Origin: Carcharhinus longimanus
Taxonomy: Eukaryota
DNA length: 64,000 nucleotides
Direction of reading: 5' to 3'
Assembly (NCBI GenBank): GCA_030264375.1
Contig: JASCQW010000190.1
Coordinates: 87,156,360 to 87,220,359, forward strand
Part shown: positions 24,361 through 35,140 of the stretch, one piece after another
Layout: every line of letters begins with the position of its first letter
How positions within the stretch are numbered: position 1 is the stretch's first letter
Notes under the pieces: model-generated
Told to the model about the DNA's origin: nothing
The model's database searches: none
The model's input: only the letters and a program-made list of their open reading frames with translations
Translations under genes and position numbers: made by a program

Positions 24361-25820
24361 CAGGGCCATTTGACCTTCGTGCTCAGTTCAAAGAGATCCT
24401 ATTTTGGTTGATCCAAGGGCCTTAATCTGCAATGTGGGAATCATTGATGGAATAGACATTTACACTCTTGAAGGGTCAACGGTTTGTTTAAGTGTCACAA
24501 CCTGAGGGTTTGTAAATATATTATTCTTGATTGAAGGTATCAATGAGTTTTGAAAGAACCCCTCTGTTAGACTGCTTTGATTGACAGGCCATCTGGCATG
24601 GGTTAGAAATAAATTTATCATTTGTTTATGCAGTTGCAAAAAAGGTATTTGTTGACAATAGCCAAGGGCAATTATTATGCCATTATGAATGTGTGACTGA
24701 GATTCAAAAAGTACAATTATCTCAACAGGGATCCTGAGTTCACAGTGTGAAAAACATTTAAAGAGACTATACAACTGGTTGTCTTTTATTCAAAGGTCTA
24801 AATAGAAGTTTGTTTTTATAATACATCACCACTTGAAGAGATTTCAAAGCTTTGAATGTGTTCAATGAATGTGAGCTTTCTTGCTATCAAATATGCATGG
24901 GTGAGAGCTCTTTTGGATTGTTAAAAGTTTATTTTTTTCATCTTCACATGGATCCTGAGGTCTGCCCATGGAGGGGTTATTAGGTGAGTGGCTATGGGGA
25001 TGGCATGGGGAGTATAAAGGGGCATGAGAATGAATAGAGGGCCTGAGATGACATGGAACTGGTAGGAGATATGAGGCATCATGGGGGCATGAATTAGCAT
25101 GGAAAGGGCCCATGGGATTGATGGACCATGGGGGAAATAAAGGGAGTATGAGGGTTTAGGGCCTGAGTACATCACAGCCTCTAAAACAACTGGAATAAAG
25201 CCCCAAGGAACAGAGGCTAGCCAGATAATCAATCCCACTTTGGCACTCACCAGTTACTGTGGCCAGTTAGGTTCAGTAATTCTGACTTGATCCTGTCCCA
25301 ACTCAGTACCTAATGAGGCTGAGGTGGGTCTGCTGAGTCAGGAAAGTTGCGAGCTATCTTATTTGAATGCTGAGGAAGGGTGAAAACGCAAGGTCCCTGG
25401 GCAGCTGCTGAAGTAAGTTGATGATGCATCTCCTCCGCCATATGCACCTGCTTCCACCACATCGTAGGAAAGCCCCTTCTGGCAGACTGCACAAACAACT
25501 TTTACGACCAATGTCCCTGCAGTATCATTCTGGATACCTACAACTGATATCCCCATATCTCCACCTGCTGCTTGGAGCAATGGATCCACTCTTTTACTAG
25601 TTCCCACTAAGACAGTTTGTGGCAACACGCATACTACTACATGGAGTGCTGCAGCTCTGGTATATCAGAATGTACCAATTCATAACAAGAGAAACCTTTC
25701 AGAAACATCGAGAGTTGTGATATGCAATTTATGTGTATGATGCAAACACTTATTTGAAAGCTTACCATTCATAGTCAGATAATAATCTTGCTAAGTTACC
25801 AGCCAAAAATAAAGATCCTA

Positions 25821-26114
25821 AAGTAAAGTAAAAGTAAAGTTTATTTATTAGTCACAAGTAAAGCTTACATTAACACTGCAATGAAGTTACTGTGAAATTC
25901 CTCTAGTTGCCACATTCTGGCACCTGTTCAGGTCAATGCACCTAACCAGCATGTCTCTCAGACGGTGGGAGGAAACCCGAACACCCAGAGGAAACCCACA
26001 CAGACACGAGGGGAATGTGCAAATTCCACACAGACAGTGATCCAAGCCAAGAATCAAACCTGGGTCCCTGGAGCTGTGAGGCAGCAGTGCTAACCACTGT
26101 GCCACTGAGCTGCC
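25821..26114 (-). mobile_element. V-SINE with the alternative tail
   Basis: AAGTAAAGTTTATTTATTAGTCACAAGTA tail; head GAGGCAGCAGTGCTAACCACTGTGCCACTGAGCTGCCC. Confidence 0.9.
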
Positions 26115-27457
26115 CAATCCTTCTGACCTCTGACTTCTGATCCTTCTGACTTGCCCTCCCAAAGGACATTAACTGTAAGATCCTTGAATGCTGCTGGCAC
26201 TTTTATGGCTCAAGGAAGCATTCAGACTTTCTCTTCATTTCATGACAGTCACCAAAAGCCCATGTGGTGTCTCCTTTATTTAAAGTGGTCCTCAGAATGA
26301 ATTCAACTAGCCAGTCCCTGGTCTGGTAGGGCACACTTCTGGTATTTTCTACGTTAGTTGATTCCATACGACACAGAACATCAACCTCTTAGGTTTATTA
26401 ATATGTTGTTCACTGGTAATATGCAAGGGTTACATCAAGTCTACACCAACTGTATGAGCACATTAACTATTGGCTATCAATGTCCTTTCTATCAATGTCT
26501 TCTATGTCGAATGCTGCAGAAAGAAATTGATATGACTATAACCAATGTGCCAAACTTCACTGCATCAACTGCATAAACCAACATTTACATGGGCACTATT
26601 TGAATTGTTTAGACTTTTATTTATTGGAACTGAGAAGGTTAAGGGTCAACCTTATAAACGCCTTAAGTAAAGAGTTAGCCACAAAGTATCGTCCCTTTGT
26701 TGGCTTTCAACTCTCTCCAAATTTCCCCAAATTCTTACAGTTATGGAATATGGGAGGTAAATATAGAAGTATTATTCTAAATTGATGTTAAAATGTTTAT
26801 TTTAATATTGAAATTCTTCAAGTAATTCTTGAGATCCCCAGTTTGTTCAGTTCATGGTGCAGGGTCAACACAGCGAAGCATCTTAATGAATAGTTACCAG
26901 GTCAGGGACCCAAAGATAAAACTGTCCAATAACATCTCAACAATCGATGTCGGGCAGGAATTCTCTTACAGCTAAATATTTCATGTCAATTGTTGCATTC
27001 AATTAAATCTCATATGAGAAGCAAGGGAGAAAAATTAGAACCTCATGCAATGATGTAGGTTCAGTAATGAAGCAATACGAATGTTAAGTGAGAATGCATA
27101 GTCCATCAAACCTCTCACATAATGCTTAATTTATAACCAGCAGCAGAGCGGTAATTTAATTTACACTCTCGTCATTTGAAATGACCTTTGTAACAGGTTG
27201 TAAAAGTTAATGGGATCATTGAGCTGTAATGTAGCCTTTTCTGGATGCCTTCAGGAGAACAGTGCAAAGAGTTGTTTTAAAAATGTGACAGGAAAACGTA
27301 AATAACACTGAAGATTGAAATTCACTAGAGACCTTATAGTTAAGTAAAATGAGCTCTACTTTTCATCTCAACCTATAAGTGTTTCATGGGTTGAATAAAG
27401 GGACTTCTACCCTGTATTCAGCCTATGTTGTACCTAACCTGAATATGCTTACAACTT

Positions 27458-28208
27458 TGTAGGAAGTATCGTCGGCTCCCAGTCTGAGGCCGGTCAGTTT
27501 GTATGGATTACACCCGAGCAACTGACCCAGTCCTGGAGGGGTGGGCGCTTGACCGGCTTAGTTATCACCGTTAGGTTTCCACCGGCGGCAACCCCCCTTT
27601 AAGGAGACACCTCTGGAAGCGCGATTCCACTTCGGATCCCCTTTAATCCCATTCGAAATCAAAGACACGGATGAGTTTCCCTATGTCAGTTTTATTCGAT
27701 CTTGCAAGAACGGGTGCGGTCCCGTAGGTACACACACACTTACAATACATGATTATACCTTATATATACATTCGCGAGTTCGCTTTTCCTTCTCTTTTTC
27801 ATTGGTTCCCGCGCTCCCTTATCTTAAACTTATTTAGCTAGATGGTCAGCAATGATCGTTTTTCTTGTAAACTTTTCTTATGCGGTCAGCGATAATCGTT
27901 TCTTTTGTAACCTTGTACGATCAGCGATGATCGTTTCTTTTGTAACCTTGTACGATCAGCGATGATCGTTTCTTTTGTAACCTTATACGATCAGCGATAA
28001 TCATTTCTTTTGTACCCCGTTTTATACGGTCAGCGACGATTAGCGATAATCGTTTTTGTAACCCAACCCCTGACTGTTACTTTGACCGCAAACAACTGAT
28101 CTCATACTGGTGGTCAATCACCTGCCCCTGAAAGGCATTTACACAGCATTTTCCCGCCCTCGGCCAGTCAGCCCACAATTTCAAAAATTGCATCTTCCTC
28201 CTCTCACA
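27458..28208 (-). mobile_element. Young ERV-like LTR (751 bp)
   Basis: TG...CA ends; CpG-rich; on the minus strand, in order: tandem repeats, CCAAT (~27803), TATATATAA (~27765), AATAAA (~27693). Confidence 0.85.
27844..28062. repeat. 35-bp tandem repeat in LTR U3 (about 5-6 copies, outer ones degenerate)
   Basis: Unit TACGATCAGCGATGATCGTTTCTTTTGTAACCTTG. Confidence 0.9.
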
Positions 28209-29045
28209 ATGACCTCTCCAATAAGAGAGAATCTAACCATCACATCTTGACATTAAGGGATTTTCTGGCTGCACTCGCCCCAAGACTAGAAAATCCCACC
28301 CTAGGTCACCAGGCCTTTGTATGGTAGGTGTCCTGCCTGCTACGATTCCCGTGGTGGGCGGAATGGGAAAATGCTGTCCTAAATATCATTACCATCTTTG
28401 AACATCCTGGGTGTTAACACTGACCAAAAACTGAACTGGGTTATCCATATAAGTACTATGGCTTCAAGAGCAGGTTAGAGGTTAAGAATTCTGTGGTGAG
28501 TAACTCACCTCCTGATTCCATAAAGCCCGTCTACCATTTACACGACACAGGTGAAGAGTGTAATGGGACACTCTCCACTTACCTGGATGAATGCAGCTCC
28601 AAAGAAGCTTGACACAATACTGAACAAACAACCTGTTTGATTGGCACAAACATTTAATCTCTCCACTACTGATGCACAATGGCAGCAGTGTGTATACCAT
28701 CTACAAGATGCACTGCAGCAACTCATCAAGGCTTGTTAAACAGTTTCTTCCAAACCCACAACTATTACCATTTAGAAAGGGAAGGGCAGCAGATACCCGG
28801 GAACACCATCAAGCGGAGGTTCCCCTCCAAGTCACTCACCATCCTGACTTGGAATTATATTGCTGTTCCTTCACTGGCACTGGGTCAAAATCCTGGAACT
28901 CCCTCCCCAACTGTACTGTGAGTGTACCTACACTACAAAGACTGCTGTGATTCAAGAAGGCAGCTCACCACTGCTTCCTTGAGGGCAATTAGGGATGGGC
29001 AATGAATGCTAGCCTAACCAGTGACATCCACATCCTATGAATGTA
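28209..29045 (+). mobile_element. CR1/L2-type LINE 3' fragment with a short MITE inserted (~28257-28379)
   Basis: Homologous to 46690-47170; reading frame MxHSPLTWMNAAPKKLD; ends CACATCCTATGAATG. Confidence 0.8.
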
Positions 29046-29054
29046 TTGTAAAAC

Positions 29055-29790
29055 AGCCTCCTCCCATCTTTTCCCATTGAAATCTCCCAGTGTGATTATA
29101 TATCCTCTTCTCTCTCATTTGCTTACCTATTTTCCCCTGAAATGCATCTATACTATTTGCTTCAGCCTGTGGTAAGTATTCTTTCCATTCTTTGGTGAAG
29201 AAGTTTGTTCTGAATTCTCTACTGGGTTTCTTTGTGACTGTCTTACATTTCTGGCCTCTAGTTATGTTCTTCCCCAGAAGAGAAAACATTTTCCCTGTAC
29301 CGACACCTCTCCCTATATCAAAACCTCTCATTATTTTAAATATTTCTGTTTAGTCACTTCTAAGCAATCTTTTTATAAAGACACACAATCTGTCAGTCAT
29401 TTTCCGATATGTATATCATGTCTTTTTGATATCATCTTTGTAAATTATCTCTGAATCTTCTTCAGTGCTTCTAGATCCTTTTTATAATGTACATTATGCA
29501 TTATTAAGCGTCATTCACACAAGTTTAATGTAATTATCCTACTTTCAGATCTATCCCTCTAACATTTTTACAATCTTGCTAATCTCTGGTGCCACATTTA
29601 GATATTGATGCATTTGTACTCTGAGATCCTTTTATTCCTCTCCCCACTAGACTTTCACCCTCCAAGTAATAGTGATCACTTTATACTTCCTACCAAGAAG
29701 TGACACTTCACATTTATCCGTTTTGAACTTAACTTGCCAATACTTTGCCCCATTCTGGAAGTTTTCTGATATGTTCTCATAATTTATTGT
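29055..29790 (-). mobile_element. Decayed CR1 fragment
   Basis: Minus-strand WQVKFKTDKCEV and REFRTNFFT motifs. Confidence 0.7.
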
Positions 29791-30509
29791 TATCCTCTTC
29801 AGTAAAAAAGGGGGTGGGTTGAGGAACAAAATGCTGCCAATGGAACATTAATGTCTGGATCATAGAGTTGGTTGCCATTCTCTTGCAGTTAACCAGAGTG
29901 CCTCAGGTAAGATGGGGTGATGTGCACTCAAGAGGTTTTAGCAAGCGTCCTTCCTTTCCTGTGAGATCAAGATGTGCCCTCTGTCATTCATCCTATCACT
30001 CATTCTCCCAACACTTATCCGTTGTCATTGAATCCCCCAGGAACAATAGCTGGCCAAGGGTCAGGGCTAGGCGCAGTCACAGACAAGCCCATAAGGCTAA
30101 CAGGCATGGGGCAACCAAATGTCCATCACTTTCAGCAGGCCATGAAGCATCCCATAGATATTGTGAAAGGAGAGATGATGCGGACATGAGGCTTTTAAAC
30201 AAGGATGAGGGGACATGGGGCATAGCCTTACCATGCAAACTGGCTGGTGTGGACAATAGTTGCTGTGTGGGAGGAATGCTCAGCCTTCAGCTGCTGCACC
30301 AGACAGGGATGAAGGAGGATGCTACAGTTAAAAGATGGATAAGATTGCTGACTGTCTTTCTCTCTTCCTTTTCCATGCTGTGACAGATAGAAGATAGACT
30401 TTGGTTTCGAGTCAGGGCAAAGTTGCCTTATTGTTGCTGACTGGTGCCAAGGCATGAAGGAGGTGGACAGAGGCTCAGATGCCAGTCGTCCATCAGGCGA
30501 GGAGGAAGA

Positions 30510-31335
30510 AAGAAGGCAGCAGGACTGTAGACCCCAGATCTATGCGCTGGAATATTGAGGAACTGCCGGATTACATGCGTCGCAGAAGACTACCATTGAA
30601 AAGGAGACAGTGCGACACCTCTGCCACGTTCTAGCACTGAGAGAAGGAGGATGAGGAGGCCACCTGCTCCTGGTGCTTGTAAAGGTCACAACTGCCCTCA
30701 ATTTTTTTGCCACTGGTTTTTTTCCAGAGCTTGAGCATGGACCTGTGTGGGATCTATCAGTCATCTGTGCACAGGTACATCTGCCAGGTCACGGATAGCC
30801 TGAATGCTCAGCAGTGCAATACATTCATTCAACCTGGACCAGGCCAATTAGCATGCCTGGGCTGCAGGATTCAGTGCCATCGCCAGGTTGCCCCAGGTCC
30901 AGGGAGCAATCTATGCCATATGTCACTCTTAAAACACCAACTCGTGATGGAGTGCCCTTCATCAACAGGAAAGGGTTCCACTCCGTAAACATACAGCTGC
31001 TGTGTGACCATCAATTGAATATCATGCACATCAGTGAGTGCCATCTGGGAGTGTGCATGACGCTTACATCCTAGTAAACCTGAAGCACTTTTGAGGATCA
31101 CTCTCAGTTGAGAGGCTGGCTAGTGGGGGACAAGGGTTACCCATTGAAATTGGGGTTAATGATACCTGTACAGGGGCTCCAGACTGAGGCAGAAAACCAT
31201 TACAATGAGGTCAACTCTCCCACTGCATAGGCCTTTGGAAGATGTTGTTCTGCTGTTTGGATCACTCTGGCAGGGCTTTTCAATACAGTTCCAGAGGAGA
31301 TCATTGTTGTTTGCTGTGTGCTGCACAACTTGCGC
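30510..31335 (+). pseudogene. PIF/Harbinger DDE transposase relic
   Basis: VKVTTALNFFATG, DLCGIYQSSVHRYICQVTDSL, FINRKGFHSVNIQLLCDH, GWLVGDKGYPL, IVVCCVLHN motifs; frameshifted. Confidence 0.9.
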
Positions 31336-32207
31336 CGCAGCGGAAGATGAGGAGGAGGACCGCTAAGATGCAGAGGAGGAGAGCGAAGAGGATTCAGAGG
31401 ATGCTGCACTCATGACAGCCAGGGTGCTATAGGGCTGGAGAATTAAGGAGTTCCTCATAGCCTCCAGAGGGAATTATATCTGGCAGCTTAATTCCCCCCA
31501 CCCCCTTCTCCTCAGACCTTTCCAATGAGGTCAGAGCTGGAGACAAGAGAGCTGGCCACGCCCATTGCCCCATCATTCATTGATGAAGCTGATTGCACAA
31601 AGTTACTTGGGTGAAGAGTGAAGCAGGTTTTAATAGTGAAATAGAACATTTGGTGCCCCTTCTCTCTAACACTGTGAAACTTCATCCATTCCAACTCAGT
31701 GCTTGTTCAAGTTCTTAACTTTTTGAATTCTCCCGTTTCTTCTAGGTGTTCCCAAATTGATCGGAGGTGAAGACAGACTGCTACTTTCAATGTCTTCTGG
31801 CCTGTGATGCTCTTGGTGGGCATTCTCTGGAGGGCCCGGGCCTTGAAGGCACCCGTTCGTTGACTTTCTGGTGTCACAAGTGTCACCATATCACTCTGTT
31901 TTTCCTGCATTCCAACAGATGTGTTGGTATCAGAGGGGTTCAGAAAGATGGAAGACTGCCACTGTATCACTGGTAGAAAGCACTGCACTGTGCTCCAGTG
32001 CTTCTTCCTCCCTTGGGGTGTCAAGGCCACTTCATGGGACCAAGTGGTAGCTGAACTCAGTCACTTTTTTAGAGAGTGGTGAGTTGTGCACTAGTACTGA
32101 GGAGGAGNNNNNNNNNNNNNNNNNNNNNNNNNNNNNNNNNNNNNNNNNNNNNNNNNNNNNNNNNNNNNNNNNNNNNNNNNNNNNNNNNNNNNNNNNNNNN
32201 NNNNNNN

Positions 32208-32284
32208 AAAGGCATTTACACAGCATTTCCCGCCCTCGGCCAGTCAACCCACAATTTCAAAAATTGCATCTTCCTCCTCTCACA
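32208..32284 (-). mobile_element. 77-bp end of a second copy of the 27458-28208 LTR, next to a 100-N gap
   Basis: Matches 28131-28208 apart from one indel and one substitution; followed by ACTT. Confidence 0.9.
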
Positions 32285-33139
32285 ACTTGCACTGGGAACC
32301 AAAGCTAGAAATGAGAAAACAATTCCTTCTCTGCTATAAGCAGTCTGCCATATTGTAGCTTTCTACACTCCATTCCTTTATTTCAATGAGCACAAACTTC
32401 ATCAATTAATTTACTGAGCAAAATAAAGGATAAAAAGATTTCTCGAGTAGCTGTGTTGTTATTACTTCTGTCTGCCATTTAATAGTCCTGCAGCTTCTGA
32501 TTCTTATCTTACTAGATATTGTATCTTTATCGCGTTTAAGAAATGTGCTGATGTTTCCAGCTAGTTTTCTGAATACATGGCTATAATCTGCTCCACTTGG
32601 ATTTATATTTGATCTATTATTGCCACATGTTTTGGGATACTGTGAAAAGTATATAACTATAATTGCTGTCGTGGCTACTGCTGTAACTGTACCCTGTGAA
32701 AACACAAAGAAACAAATTAAAGCAAGGAATTAACTGAGTGTCAAGGAGAGAGGGATGAAAGGGCAACATGCCAATAAAAGAGAAGTACAATTTTAAAAAC
32801 ATATTATGCTATTATATCACTAGCTGCAAAGTCATCCACCATAGAGGTGGTGGGAGTTGGGGGGGTGGGGGAATCTGGCAGAATTCTACATACACTGACT
32901 TCTTGAGAGGAATGGGCAAAGAGGGAGGGAAACTTGGAAGAAGAGTTACCCCAGGATTTTCCTGTATATCTCCTGTAGAAGTACTGGGGCGGGCCATCCT
33001 TAGTATTGACAATATCCAGCACAAAAATATCAAGAGGAAAAGNNNNNNNNNNAGGGATTATTTAAAACAAAAGAAAAATTACAACCTCAGAGTTATTTTA
33101 ATTCCAAATTGTACAAGAAATGTATTTTCTTGATCTTCT

Positions 33140-33880
33140 TGAGTTCCTGCCACTCAACCAATTATTTACCTTTGATTCCATGAAGTTCCATTTTAGATAA
33201 CAGTCTCTAATGAGGCACTTTATCAGGTGGCTTTTGCAATTGTTTACAAGTCTTTTGGTTCATGTTGTTTTATTGTAAGCCTCCCTCGGAGTAGAGTCCA
33301 ACAAGGATCTTAGCCCCCAAAGTGTTGCAGATGATTCTATTTGTAACACAATCAATGTCGCAAGTTTTACTGGCAATTCTCTTAACAAGGTGATTGTCAC
33401 ACTCTGATTAGCAATATATTGACGTAGACATTCTGGCTATTACTTCAGTCACCTCTTCAAAAATTTGCAGCAGTTTTATGAGGCATGACATACGCTTTAC
33501 AAATCCATGCGAGCACTTTCTGAACAGCTGAAAGTTTTTATGTCCTTCATTCACCCGATTCTCAATTATAGCTCTAGAAATTTCCTGTCAACAGGCTAAC
33601 TGATCCATAAATTCTCTGGTTTCCTCCTCTCACTTTTTTTAAATAGCAGAGTGACTGGCACAATTTTCCAATCTTAAAGGAATGATTCCTGAATTGGGAG
33701 ATTGTAGTTAGGCCACCTATGTATTCTCACCTGCTTCCTGTAAAAACTAGGGCTGGAAATTATCTGGTCCTGGGAGTTTGTCACTCATGTTCAGTGTCAT
33801 TAATTACTTCACCAAATTTTCTTTTGTTAATTTGGAAGAGTTCCTGGCCTTGGCAGTTCTCCACTAGAAGACATTTTCTA
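33140..33880 (-). mobile_element. Decayed CR1 RT fragment
   Basis: catgacatacgctttacaaatccatgc and aattatctggtcctggg are reverse-strand HGF.K and PGPD CR1 motifs. Confidence 0.6.
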
Positions 33881-33910
33881 AATGATACTTTCAAGAACTC
33901 AAACTCCATT

Positions 33911-34046
33911 GGTGGAATTTTCCCATCACACCCGCCATGGGAATTGGAGCCGGCAGGACAGAAAATCCGGCAGATCATGCAAAGGATTGTTGACCTTAGA
34001 CAGGAATTTCCAGGCCTGGGGCTAGGGTGACCAGAAAATCCTGCCC
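33911..34046. mobile_element. Short MITE
   Basis: GGTGGAATTTTC...GAAAATCCTGCCC inverted ends. Confidence 0.65.
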
Positions 34047-34793
34047 CATGACACTGTCCCTTTAATGTTGCCCTTTCAATAGAGTTTGGAAATCTCAGCA
34101 ACATGCTAGATCATTGTGTGCTTTTTAACAATTATTTGCAGTGACAAAGATTAATGAGACTATTGTTTGTGCTCCCAATTGCTGAAATGGAACACAATAT
34201 TAAACAAAACAAAGGCTGTTTTGTGTTGAGGCGAGGTGATATTATAAACTCAAGTCATTGATAAATCAGTAACAAGGTGACTATGCCACTTGTACTTAAT
34301 GAGAATGATTAGATTATCTGCAAAAGTATTTAATGCAAGGTAAGTAGGTGGCTAAAAATATTGTGAAATTGATATTTTTGAGAGGGAATCACTGCGCTGA
34401 GGACTGAAGAACTATTTTTGATTGAAGTGTTTAATGTTATTCATATAACAGTAAAATAAGGAAGAAATTTAATCATTTACTTGACAATGTTGAATGGCTG
34501 TTAAAATGAGAGAGGAAAAATGAATATATACTTGTCACTTGTGTGCCAGAAACTTGACATTTCTGAATATACCAATATATTATCAATTTTCCCTCCTCTC
34601 CTGAAGGTACTGATTCTCCTAGGGGTGCAGTTCAACAAGTGCCGGTTACTCCCTGTTCCTCACCTAACTAGTCATTCCTCATGTGCAAATCTGGTGTTGA
34701 TTATTATGTGACCTTGCACACTTTTTTTTTATAGGATGTGTGTGTTGCTGACTGGGCCAGCATTTGTTGCCCATCCATAATTGTCATTGAGAA

Positions 34794-35140
34794 GGGTGAC
34801 ACAGTGGCACAATGGTTAGCACTGCTGCCTCACAGCGCCTGGGACCCAGGTTTGATTCCCGGATTGGATCACTGTCAGTGTGGAGTGTGCACATCCTCCC
34901 TGTGTCTGCATGGTTTTCCTCTGGGTGTTCCGGTTTCCTCCCACTGTCCAAAGGTGTACAAACTATGTGGATTGGCCATGCTACTTTATCANNNNNNNNN
35001 NNNNNNNNNNNNNNNNNNNNNNNNNNNNNNNNNNNNNNNNNNNNNNNNGGGATAGGGCCTGGATAAGATGCTTTATTTGAGAGTTGGTGCAGACTTGATG
35101 GCTGAATAGCCTCCTTCTGCACCATGGGGTTTCTACCATT
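34794..35140 (+). mobile_element. V-SINE (gapped) inserted into a minus-strand LINE 3' end (34722-35320)
   Basis: Head GGCACAATGGTTAGCACTGCTGCCTCACAGCGCC; LINE sequence on both sides. Confidence 0.85.

Noticed and set aside
27844-28062. CRISPR-like regularly spaced repeats
   Set aside because: Head-to-tail units with no unique spacers, inside a eukaryotic LTR, and no cas genes.
29868-30383. 171-aa ORF
   Set aside because: No recognisable motifs; lies in the upstream part of the decayed Harbinger element.
30510-31335. Domesticated HARBI1 gene
   Set aside because: Multiple frameshifts and stops; a decayed transposon.
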